DNA from: Mytilus californianus
Taxonomy: Eukaryota
Direction: 5' to 3'
Assembly: GCF_021869535.1 (NCBI RefSeq)
Contig: NW_026262667.1
Coordinates: forward strand, 8,618,001-8,682,000
Length of the DNA stretch: 64,000 bases
This document shows, one piece after another, positions 23,895-35,013 of this stretch (the stretch's first letter is position 1; each line of letters opens with the position of its first letter). The translations under genes were made by a program, and so were the position numbers. The notes beneath the pieces are model-generated. The model saw only the letters and a list, made by a program, of their open reading frames with translations. It was not told the DNA's origin and searched no databases.

Positions 23895-24047
23895 ATGTTT
23901 TACCATCATCTGTCTTCACCTGCTTAATTACAAGACCAGCTGGGCATGTTAGTCGTGCTCTTGAGGGTATTGCATTATCAAAAACTTGTGTAAAACCACC
24001 ATGTTTCTTGCATATTCCTGGTACACTCTTGCCACAGTCATGGCACC
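23895..24047 (-). CDS. PLAG1: PR/SET-PLAG gene, coding exon 2 (PRDM zinc knuckle)
   Basis: ttttgaatag|GG TGC...ACA T|gtgagt, 153 nt, phase 1->1. (W)CHDCGKSVPGICKKHG...PSRARLTCP matches the WCxxC-x6-CxxHG...RAR knuckle of PRDM4/9/10/15. Confidence 0.9.
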
Positions 24048-24599
24048 CTATTCAAAAAGGAAATTAGTATAAAAACCTTCTCTTTACCTTGTCTCATTGT
24101 TACTGCATTAATCCTTAAACATGGAACTTTAAAAGGATAGAGAAGTTTAGTCAGATTAATCATATACTAACATTCAAGACTAAAACAGTTCTTAAACTAT
24201 AGATGATACATTGTTTTAATGTTTGGTAACCATACTTATTTTTTAATTACGAAAAATTTAAACAATTTTTTTGTCATGCTGTACATAGAATAGCTGAATA
24301 AACATGATAAAGGTATCAGTAGATTAAACAATACCCAGTTTCTTACAATTAATTTTTTTTAAATAAAATGTATATGGATTGTTTTTTTATATGTGATGAT
24401 TTTATGTTTCAGGTCACATTATAGCAATACATTGCTTACAATTACAATTTTCATTGTTCCTCTCATTTCTAAATCATTTTGCTGAAATTTGCCTGTTGCA
24501 TTCCATTCAAGGTCTAAAGCATACATAATACAGTCAAGGCATTCAAAAGATTTTGAGGCATGTATTTAAAGTAATAACCTACTTATGGGAAGATTGTAT

Positions 24600-25540
24600 C
24601 ATGATAAAATAAAAGTGACGCTACCCAAATTTGAACTTGATCTGAGTTTTGTGGTAATAAGCATTGTGTGTAAGTCTCATAACATTAGGTTGAGGCTAAC
24701 TTAAGTAGAGAACAGAAACTAAAAATTCAGCAATTTTTCTATTTGTAAACACACATAACTCTAGAACGGTTGTGTATAAGTTTTATAACATTTGGTTGAG
24801 ACAAACTAAAGTAAGGGAACGGAAACAAAAAAATTCAGCAATTTTTATGTTTATAAAGAGACATAACTCAAGAATGGTAAAAGTGTTGCCACCAAATGTC
24901 GTACTTAATCTGTATTATGTAGTAATAAGCATTGTGTATAAGTTTCATAACATTTGGTTGAGGCAAACTAAAGTTAGAAAAAGGAAACAAAAATTTTGTA
25001 CTTGATCTTAGTTTTGTGGTAATGAATATTGTGTATAGGTTTCATAATGTTTGGTTGGGGCAAACTTAAGTTACAGAATGGAAACTAAAAATTTGGCAAA
25101 CTTTCATTTTATAAAGGGGCATAACTCAATAATGGTTAAAGTGACACTACCCAAATTCAACGTGATCTGTGTTTTATCAGTGGAAGTCAAAATTAAACAT
25201 TGCATTGTATAAAGCATTGATTGTAGTTGATTCAACTATAATCATGGACAAAGGAAGATAAATCCAATTTTAAAAATTACTTGATATTTAGAAGAAAATA
25301 AAAATTTTGCAATTTTTCCATTTCTAAAGGGGCATAACTCTAGAACGGTTAAAGTGACGCCACCAAAATTCAAACTTGATCTGTGTTTTGTGGTAATAAG
25401 CATTGTGTATAAGTTTCACAACATTTGGTTGAGGCAAACTAAAATAAGAGAACGGAAACAAAAAATTCAGCAATTTTTCCATTTGAAAAGGGGCATAACT
25501 CTAGAACGGTAAAAGTGACGCTACGGCGGGGGCATAAAAA
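24600..25540 (+). mobile_element. Helentron/HINE-like element with ~160-bp tandem units
   Basis: Repeated gggcataactctagaacggt(t/a)aaagtgacg...aagcattgtgtataagtttcataacatttggttgaggcaaactaa, ending cggcgggggcataaaaa. Confidence 0.7.
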
Positions 25541-25634
25541 TATATGGTAAATTTGTGGTTAGGCTGTTTTAAATATATCCTACTTTCTCCCTATACAGAT
25601 ACATGTGGTGCTCCAGATTTTATTTTTTACTTAC

Positions 25635-25662
25635 ACAACTCGTCTTGCTTGTGGGATGACAT
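25635..25662 (-). CDS. PLAG1: PR/SET-PLAG gene, coding exon 1 (MSSHKQDEL); exon spans 25691-25635
   Basis: cattttag acceptor and TTGT|gtaagt donor. In-frame TAA upstream of the ATG. The phase-1 T joins GG to give W of WCHDC. The full CDS sums to 3525 nt = 1174 aa + stop. Confidence 0.8.
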
Positions 25663-27984
25663 GACTGCTTAGCCAATCCTACTGGTACACACTAAAATGC
25701 AAAAACAACATGACATGTACATAACGAAAGCCAGCACAATGTGCTTGTTTATATACATGTGTATGCATGTACAACTACAATGTGATATATATTTAACTAT
25801 CAAACTAATTAAAATGATTTTTATGTACTGTAAGCAGTAAAACTGATCACGTTATTGTCAATTTAAATAAATAAAGCAATAAAATTCACTTCTGCAACTA
25901 CATTTGTACTGCATGTTTATTCTTACTTCTCTTGATATGATCAATGATTATCAACAATTGAATGCTAATTCTCCAGATAACACCATACATTTTGTATGTA
26001 TAAAACAGTAAAATTTTCTTAATGACATATCTAAACTTAACCAAGGAGCTTGTATGTTCATGCAGCATTTTTGCATAAAACTGCTAGAACATGCAGAATG
26101 CAATACGATTATTTCTGGCAAAGGAGCAAAAAATTGAATATTTTACTCATTCAAGGGCAACAACTCTTATAAAGAGTTGAATGACCATTTTTGCCATTTT
26201 GATTTCGATTTGATTATTTTTGCTCTATTAGTTTTCACTTTATCTTTTATCTAAGAATTATAAAACAAAAATCATTAAAACTTGGTAAAAATCGTATTTA
26301 AGGGCAATTACTCCTACTTATGGAATGGTCCATCAGTTTTTGTTAAAATAGGCAGTAGGTAGCTCTTGAGATTCTGAAAATTTCTGCCCTGTCATTGTTT
26401 TACTTTATCGATACATGTCTATATAAAGGTTTAAAAGATAGTAAACAATACTTGTTTTTTACCCTAATGTTCTTTTTTTACACTTTTTTGTCATATTGGT
26501 TAGCAGCACATGGTGCATTGGCCGTATCAAAATGAGATTGTTACTATTAAACTACCGAAATGAAAAACTGAATTTCCTTGACGTACTAGAATTAATTCTT
26601 TTTTTTAAGTCTATTAAGTAAAACCTTGCACAGACATAAAGCCTTTATTACAATGTGACTGTTTGTTAAATATCAAAACTGTTCATTTTCATCTGAATGC
26701 AATGTCAATATTAGAAATTCATCACAAAAACCAACAGATTGATTCTTGGTGTTTAATGCCACTTTAATCACATTTAGATATATCATGGCGGTCAGTTTTT
26801 ATTGTAAAATAACAAACAATATATATTGGTCTCCATTTTCCAGGCAGCTGAACTTCTACTAGTTTTTATCCACAGAAATCAATTTAGTGTATACAAAAAA
26901 TTAAGTTGATTTCATAAAATGCTCAAAATGAGATTTTTGTAGTTTTCAGTAAAAATTTGAGATAGAAAATACCAACAATCCTTTGATCTGTTACTTTGTC
27001 AATTGCAATTTTTAGTTAAGATACACATTTCTTCAGCTCACTTCAGCTAAGAAATACTTATCTTCAGAAGTCTACTCTATAAAATTTGAAAGTCTGAATC
27101 GATTGAATGAAAAATAGTGAATGAAAAATTTACGAGTGTTTTAACATAAATTCTTTTATTCTTTATATGATTTATCAGGTTTATATCATAGGAAAATTTA
27201 TTTGGAATTTGTTTAAAGTGAAAAATTGACAAGCTGTGTTCAATAAATTGAAACAAAGTACTGTAAATTAATGAGTGTAAATACTAAAGTGTTTGTACAT
27301 TTGTACATGATGTATGGCGGTTCAAATTCGTGAAAAATAAATTAAATATTCCCTACATGTATTCCAGTACCCCATTTCTACCCTCTTTAAATTTTTTAAA
27401 ACCATTCAATTTTCATTTTCATAATTTTGAACAAATGCATACATGCATTATATATGCATTATAAATCCTAAAAGATTTTTTTTTCTTTTTGTAAATATGC
27501 TTTCTCTCTCATGGTCAGTGGCATTCATTGGTTGTATGTAATCTTGAGCAATCATTGAAACTTTTATTGGAAAGTTATCCATTTACATTTAATGTGTGTT
27601 CCCTTTAAATAATCATGATTATTAGGGGCCATAAGACCACACAGCATAATGATTCATATGTTCTAATGATCAATATGCTGACAAAGCTCAATTTCATGAC
27701 AGAAAATTTCATAACAGCTGCAGACTGAAATATACAAAACACGACAAACGATAAACCAATGATTATGGTAAATAATTTGTTGTTTATTTAAAGTATTTTA
27801 TTCATAATAATTTGGAAACCTTGAATCCACTCTCGAGCAACACAGTCGGTGGAGGTACCAGGGAGGGGTCAACCATTCAGAGGCATTTTCGGGTGTACGG
27901 ATTATTTGTTTCATTATTATCAGTTTCTTCAAAGCTGTTAAGCTTCAAGGAACCAAAGTACAGACTTTTTAATATGATTCTTAC

Positions 27985-28190
27985 CCTTATTAACCAAAGC
28001 TTTGACGTTCTATTTTAGTTTTGTAGACAAAGAAGGGTTTTGTCCCAATGATGGCCATTATCGCATTGCATTATGGGATCGCCAACACAAAATTACGTCA
28101 GTATTCCAAAATGGCAGCGCCCATGTAGAATGTAAACAAACAACCGACTGAAGGACATTTACATAAGAAATATTAAAGATAACTAAAAAT
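27985..28190. promoter_or_regulatory. Bidirectional promoter between PLAG-like gene and CHCHD7, with ZNF143/Staf-like and YY1-like motifs
   Basis: 28062-28079 reverse complement ATCCCATAATGCAATGCG resembles the Staf/ZNF143 site; CAAAATGGCAGC at 28107-28118 resembles YY1. A minus-strand donor (AAGG|gtaaga, exon end 27985) suggests a non-coding PLAG exon 1; the CHCHD7 ATG is at 28191. Confidence 0.6.
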
Positions 28191-28373
28191 ATGCCAGAAA
28201 TGTCCACAGATGATTTTGACCAAAGACATAAGAGTGCGAACGAGATAGTTGAAGAACGACGAAGAAAAACAATTGAAGATAAGAGGAAGAGGGTGAATGA
28301 GATTGTAGAAGAAAATAGAAAGAGAGTGGCCAAGGAAAAATTGGAAGCCGTACTAAGACATCCATGCAATCGT
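28191..28373 (+). CDS. CHCHD7: CHCHD7 (COX23 ortholog) coding exon 1
   Basis: MPEMSTDD...VLRHPCNR|gtaaga, 183 nt, phase 0. HPC corresponds to human NPC, the first Cys of the twin CX9C motif. Confidence 0.85.
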
Positions 28374-28869
28374 GTAAGACAACTTACTAATTGCCCTTTC
28401 TAAACTAATTGTCCAATCACATTGATTACAAAGGCCTTGACATTCTGTTGTCAAATTTTGAGTCTGGGACACCCCCCCCCCCCCCCGAATTCTAGTCACT
28501 TCGACACCTGGTTAAATCAGCACCTGGTCAATTCGGGACCTAATGTATTAAGTACACAGGAAATATAAAAAAAAACAATTAAAATTACAATGATTAAATT
28601 TGTTTTTATCCTCATATGTGGATGCTTCTTTGTTTTATCTCAGTTATTTTAAATATAAAACATCAAAAACTACCTGAAAATGGTTAAAATAACAAGCAGG
28701 TTATTCCATAATTTTTTTAAATGATACCCAATCAAACTTAGTTAATTAAATACTGAGAAAACTTCAAACAGCACACTTCTGCTTCTGCTTCTGCCTGATA
28801 ATGGCCACAATCAACGAGCTGATTATTATGCCATGACTTAGGTGTGCATACAGACCCCCTCCCCCCAAT

Positions 28870-29230
28870 TTGATAATTTAGTTCAGCTTTGTCAGTGAGG
28901 CTTTAAAGGCCTCGACTGACGATGCTGATGCTACCCCAGGAGGGAGAGCGTTCCAATCCCTGATATTTCTCGGGAAAAATGAGTATTTCCTGTATTCATT
29001 TCTGGATGCTGGAATTTGGAAACTTTTGTCGTGCATGTTCCTCGACAGTCGTGTTGGTTGCATAAGACGACCTTCCTTAATTACAGCCACTTTGTGGTTT
29101 TGTTATTTTATAGAGCATAGTTAGTCTAGCGTCTTTTCGCCTTTTTTCCAGAGATGGCCATTCCAGGTGCTCAATCATTTTGCTGACACTTGAGTGGTTA
29201 TGGTGTTTCAGTAAACAACTGATTATTTTT
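28870..29230 (-). mobile_element. LINE (CR1/L2-like) ORF2 3' end
   Basis: SSVSKMIEHLEWPSLEKRRKDARLTMLYKI...YRKYSFFPRNIRDWNALP...SSVEAFKASL, a typical LINE C-terminus. Confidence 0.75.
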
Positions 29231-29329
29231 TATTGTGTATTCTAACAGCTTAATTGCATGCGCTGATTTTTGAATCGGGGTCCGTTTTGTCATGTGAATT
29301 TCTCACTTATTATGAGTAATATGATAACT

Positions 29330-30180
29330 ATATTTGGTATATGGGTTCCTTGCAACGTCTACATGTCCGTCAGACAGAGTTCACCTGACCTCAACCTCAT
29401 TTAATGGATCAGTGATCAAGGTTTAAATTTCGTGTTTAGGTCTATTTCTCAAATACTATAAGCAGAAGGTCAGCTATATTTGGTGTATGGAATGATTGTA
29501 ATGGGCACATGTCAGTCTGGCAGGTATCATCTGAACTTGACCTCATTTTCATGGTCCATTGGTCAATGTTAAGTTTTGTGTTTTTGTCTGTTTTTCAAGT
29601 ACTATAAGCAATAGGTCAAATATATTTGGTGTATGGAAAGATTGTAAGGTGTACATGTCTGTCTGGAAGGTATAATCTGACCTTGACCTAATTTTTATGG
29701 TTCATAATCATTGGTCAATGTTAAGTTTTTGTGTATTTGTCTGTTTTCCAAGTACTATAAGCAATAGGTCAGCTATATTTGGTGTATGGATAAGTTGGTA
29801 TGGAATAATTGTAAGGTGCACATGTCTGTCTGGCAGATATCATCTGACCTTGACCTCACATTTATGGTTCATTGGTCAATGTTAAGTTTTTGTGTTTTTG
29901 TCTGTTTTTCAAGTACTATAAGCAATAGGTCAACTATATTTAGTGTATGGAATGATTGTAAGGTGTACAAGTCTGTCTGGAAGGTATCATCTGACCTTGA
30001 TCTAATTTTTATGGTTCATTGGTCAATATTAAGTTTTTGTGTTTTTGTCTGTTTTCCAAGTACTATAAGCAATAGGTCAGCTATATTTGGTGTATGGAAT
30101 AATTGTAAGGTGCACATGTCTGTCTGTCTTGACCTCACATTTATGGTTCATTGGTCAATGTTAAGTATTTGTGTTTTGGT
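29330..30180. repeat. Tandem ~147-bp units (gcaataggtcaactatatttggtgtatggaatgattgtaagg...); related degenerate units at ~42050-42440
   Basis: gcaataggtc anchors at 29608, 29761, 29922 and 30069. Confidence 0.8.
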
Positions 30181-30184
30181 CTGT

Positions 30185-32235
30185 TTTTATACGACCGCAA
30201 AAAAATTTTGAGGTCGTATATTGGTATGACGTTGGCATCATGATCGTCGTCCGAAGACACATTGGTTTTCGCACTCTAACTTTAGTTTAAGTTAATGGAT
30301 CTCTATGAAATTTTACCATAAGGTTCAATACCACAAAAGGAAGGTTGGGAATGATTTTGGGGGTTATGGTACCAACAGTTAAGGAATAAGGGGCCAAAAA
30401 TAAGCATTTTTGTAACTTCCAGACAAAACTTGTGAGTTAGTGTATGGATCTCTCTGACATTGTACAAAAAGGTTCCATATCTCAAAGGGAATGCTGGGAT
30501 TGATTTTGGGGGAAATTGCCTCAAAATTTTAGGAATTAGGGGCCAAAAAAGGGGCAAAAAACAAGCATTTTTATATGGACAAATTCTTTAGTACAAAACA
30601 TAATTTAAAGCAGTGTAAGGGAGATAAATCAAATACATCATTTGAATTACCTCCCTTACACTGCTTTTAAATTATGTATAAAGTAATGGTTAATGAACAA
30701 TTAAGACAATTTAAAACAGTGTAAGGGAGGTAATCCACATACAACGTTTTGATTACTTCCCTTACACTGCTTTTAAATTATGTTTAAAGAAATGCATATT
30801 TATAAAGGAAGACCAGTAAAAATATCTGCAAATGTTGCATCTTTTTTTTTTTACAAAAAAATCCATATGAAATATTTGACACCATATTTTAAATTCTATT
30901 ATAAAATAGACTAAGTTAGCACTATGGTAAATTTAAATGGGTAATTATGGTTGCAAATTCCATTGGAAATTTGAATTGAGATTATGACCATATCTTGAGG
31001 GAAAGATTTTTTGGGGGAAAAGGGGGGGGGGGGGGTAAAAAGAAATTGTGGGGGTCAATTTTTTCTCATTTCAGATTTAAAAAGAATTATTCTTCAAATA
31101 TTATTTTTTTTTTCAAATTTCAAATATTGAAAAATTTCAAGAAGTAATCTTTAATTGCACAGTATGGCGCATTAGATTTGTAAAATCTTTGACCACATTT
31201 ATTTATTTGTTATGCCATATCTGAACTTGTATTTAGATTTTTAATTTTGGGTCCAGTTTTCATATTGGTCTACATTAAGGTCTAAAGGGTCCAAAATTAA
31301 ACTTAGTTCGATTTTAACAAAATTGAATATATGGGGTTCTTTGATATGCTGAATCTAAACATGTATTTAGATTTTTGATTTCGGGCCCAGTTTTCAAGTT
31401 GGTCCAAATTGGGGATCAAAATTAAACTTTGTTTGATTTCAACAAAAATTGAATATATGGGGTTCTTTGATATGCTGAATCTTACCATGTATTTAGATTT
31501 TTTATTTGTGGGCCCTGCTATCAAATTGGTTCATATTGAGGTCACAAGGGTCCAAAATTAAACTTTGTTTTATTTCATCAAAAATTGAGATATTGGGGTT
31601 CTTTGATATGCCAAATCTAACCTGTATTTAGATTTTTAATTTTGGGTCCAGTTTTCAAATTGGTCTACATTAAGGTCCAAAGGGTCCAAAATTAAACTTA
31701 GTTTGATTTTAACAAAAATTGAATTCTTGGGGTTCTTTGATATGCTGAATCTAAACATGTGTTTAGATTTTTGATTATGGGCCCAGTTTTCAAGTTGGTC
31801 CAAGTTGGGGTCCAAAATTAAACTTTGTTTGATTTCAACAAAAAATGAATATATGGGGTTCTTTGATATGCTGAATCTAACCATGTATTTTGATTTTTGG
31901 GCCCCGTTATCAAATTGGTCCACATTGAGGTCAAAAGGGTCCAAAATTAAACTTTGTTTGATTTCATCAAAAATTGAATCTTTGGATTCTTTGATATGCT
32001 GAATCTAACCATGTATTTAGATTTTGGATATTGGACCATAATAGGTAAATTAAAAAATTTTAAGTTCTTAGACCACATTCATTCTGTGTCAGAAACCTAT
32101 GCTGTGTCAAATATTTAATCACAATCCAAATTCAGAGCTGTATCAAACTTGAATGTTGTGTCCATACTTGCCCCAACTGTTCAGGGTTCGACCTCTGCGG
32201 TCGTATCAAGCTGCGCCCAGCGGAGCATTTTATTT
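30185..32235. mobile_element. Helentron/HINE-like element (~2 kb) with subterminal inverted repeats, twin palindromes and a central higher-order tandem array
   Basis: Perfect 11-bp inverted repeat atacgaccgca (30189-30199) / tgcggtcgtat (32196-32206). Terminal hairpin atacgacc...ggtcgtat. ~130-bp units from 31200 to 32040. Confidence 0.75.
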
Positions 32236-33737
32236 TTTATATGAAATCATTTTTAATATGTACATGATGTAGTAGGCGACTGGAATTAAAATTATTGAAA
32301 AAAGTTTAATATATATATTTTATAATGGATGGAAAATGCATATTTCCCAGAAAGTCTTCACAATTTATTCAAGAAAGTGTTGAACTTTTCAATTATAGGC
32401 AACTTCCAGTTTATAATTGAAAGTCTCCTTGCTAAAATGGGACAAACATTGAAAAGATCGGAGGTAATATTTTGTCACTAGATTTCCCACTGTATACTAG
32501 TATAATAGTCCCAGGTAATACTTCTACATTCGAGCAATGTTTGATCAATAACCATTATTAAATGGATTTTGCTTTTATGTATTTATGGTATTATTCTTTT
32601 AAATAAGATGTAAATTTATGGGGAAAAAAACTAAAAATATTATTGAAATGAATTAGTCCTATGCTGTTTGGCTTCATTTATAGTTTAGCAATTAATTAGA
32701 ATAAAAAGTATATGTGTGGTTTGGTTTCCTAACTGTCCATTTTTTTTCCCTTTCTTATAAAAATAAAAAGTTAAAAATAGCATCCTTGACTTCTCTTGGA
32801 TTTATTTATTGTTGTTTTTTTTACAAACTTGTAAGTAAATCCAAACAGACTTATTTTAAATTCAGCAAAGTTATTTTTTTGTTTTTTTTAATATTCGTTC
32901 ATTATTTCTGTCAGACCACTGGACAATTGAAATAAAATGTGAACTTTTGTCATGAAAAAGGTTCCTTAGAATTATAGAACTGTATAATGCCTTATTATGA
33001 TCGTTTTTTTCTTCCCCAACATCTTCGAATTCCTTAGTTGGGTCTTCACTTCTCCAGTCTGTTTGGTTGCCAGGGATAAATCACATCTCCCTAAAATTCT
33101 GAAGTGTGGTCACCTCTGATCAACCAACATTGAGGTAACATGTACATTTTCTAAAATCATTACTAATCATACACAAAGATAAGTGAATATCATCCTTTCT
33201 ATAAAAAAAATAAGAAATAAAAAAAAATAATTAAAGCTCTACCTACCTACCCTATTTTTTATTTGAATGAAACCAGAACCACACATACTTTTTTATTTGG
33301 CCTTATGTGTAATAAATTTTATCTCCATGACTGTTTAAATGACTACAATTCACATGAAGCTTTGGTGGTTTAATTTTGAAAGTAACATCTTTGTAAAGTA
33401 AACTAGTAAGCTAAGAAAAAGTTAAAATAGTGAATAGGTTTTTAGGCAAAAAGGATGAAAACCATATGGAAAAAAAATCTCCCTCTGTTTGCTCATGAAT
33501 TCCAATATTCTCCACTTTAAATGGTTGAATTTTTCATCTAAAAATTAACTATTTTGAGTGAAGAAGTAATGTACCTGAACTCATCCACAACAGAAGGAGA
33601 GTCTAGATATCAAAATCACTTTCAGGAAAATTTAAAGACAAATTATTGAACTTTTATATTGATTTAAATTTCTATCTGCCTCAAGCTAAAATATCAAATT
33701 AAATGTGAATATCCTTAATTTGTTTTTTGCATTATAG

Positions 33738-33836
33738 GAGAAAGAAATGTCATATCAATGTTTAGAAGATAATGGCTATGATAGAAGTAGATGTGAAATG
33801 TATTTTGAAAATTACAGAAACTGTTCCAAGTTTTGG
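33738..33836 (+). CDS. CHCHD7: CHCHD7 coding exon 2 (CX9C core), followed by a GC donor
   Basis: ttttttgcattatag|GAG...TTT TGG|gcaagt. EKEMSYQCLEDNGYDRSRCEMYFENYRNCSKFW aligns to human [34 protein letters not shown]. Confidence 0.92.
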
Positions 33837-34339
33837 GCAAGTATTTAATCAAATTAGTTTTGTGTAAGTTACCTAACAGTTACATGTATGCAAAATTTAG
33901 ATATGACTATAAATATTTGGCTTATTCAGTCTTACATACAGTTGCTTTTCTTTATCAGGCGTCACCAAAATCTAACATGTTATATCATGAGAGATTTCTT
34001 AAGAATGATTGCACTGCATTACTAATGTAAAATAAGGAGATGTGGTATGATTACAAATGAGACAACTGAGTCCAAATGATGTGGATTTAAGCAACTATAG
34101 GTCATCATACAGCCTTCAACAATGGGCAAAAGCCATACTGTAAAGTCAACTATAAAAGGCCCCAACATTTATTTGAACCATCATTAGGATGGCAAGATTC
34201 ATTGATCTTAGAACACTATATATCATCAGTTATATTAAATGAACCAACTCAACAAATGAGGGTTGTGTATTGATATGCTTTTGTTGAAATGAAATCCATT
34301 GAAACAATGAGTTGAAGCAAATTAAGTTTTGTGTTGCTT

Positions 34340-35012
34340 CTCTATCAGCGTTAACACTACACTGTTCCCAGCCAAGATGATTTCCATAACTGTGAGTAGA
34401 GGTTGTTGCCACATAGATCTACCATTGTTCCCAGCCAAGATGATTTCCATTACTGCGAGCAGGTTTTTTTCCCACTTTTCCCACTGTTCTCAGCAAATAT
34501 TATTTCCGTTAATGTAAGCTGAGCAGTGGTTGTTTTCCCTTTGCAACTGTTCCCAGCCAAGATTATCTCCATTGTTGACAACTTGTGAGAAGGGGTTGTT
34601 TCCTAATCTGCCACTGTTCAGAGCGAAGATGATTTCCGTTACTGTGGGTACAGTAGAGGTTATTCCACATCTGCCACTGTTCCAAGCCAGGATGATTTCC
34701 GTTACTGTGAGTAGAGGTTGTTTTCACATCTGCCACTGTTCCCAGCCAAAATGATTTCCGCTACTGTGAGAAGAGGTTGTTTTCACATCTGCCACTGTTC
34801 AGAGCCAAAATGATTTCCGTTTATACTGTGAGTAGAGGTTGTTTTCACATCTGCCACTGTTCCCCGCCAAGATGATTTCCGTTTTTGTGAGGAGAGATTG
34901 TTTCCACATTTGCCACTGCTCCAAGCCAAGATGATTTCCGTGACTGTAAGCAGTGGTTTTTATTTCCACTTCTCCGACCGTTCCCAGCGAAGATAATTTC
35001 CATTATTGTGAG
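34340..35012. repeat. 59-bp minisatellite (ctgtgagtagaggttgtttccacatctcccactgttcccagccaagatgatttccatta), left block
   Basis: Directly visible degenerate tandem units. Confidence 0.85.
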
Positions 35013-35013
35013 A

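Noticed and set aside
28058-28369. 103-aa hydrophobic minus-strand ORF, plus 28183-28365
   Set aside because: Antisense shadow of the purine-rich CHCHD7 exon 1.
32830-33100. Open minus-strand stretch (IPGNQTDWRSEDPTKEFEDVG...)
   Set aside because: Could be a transposase relic, but I cannot assign a family or boundaries.
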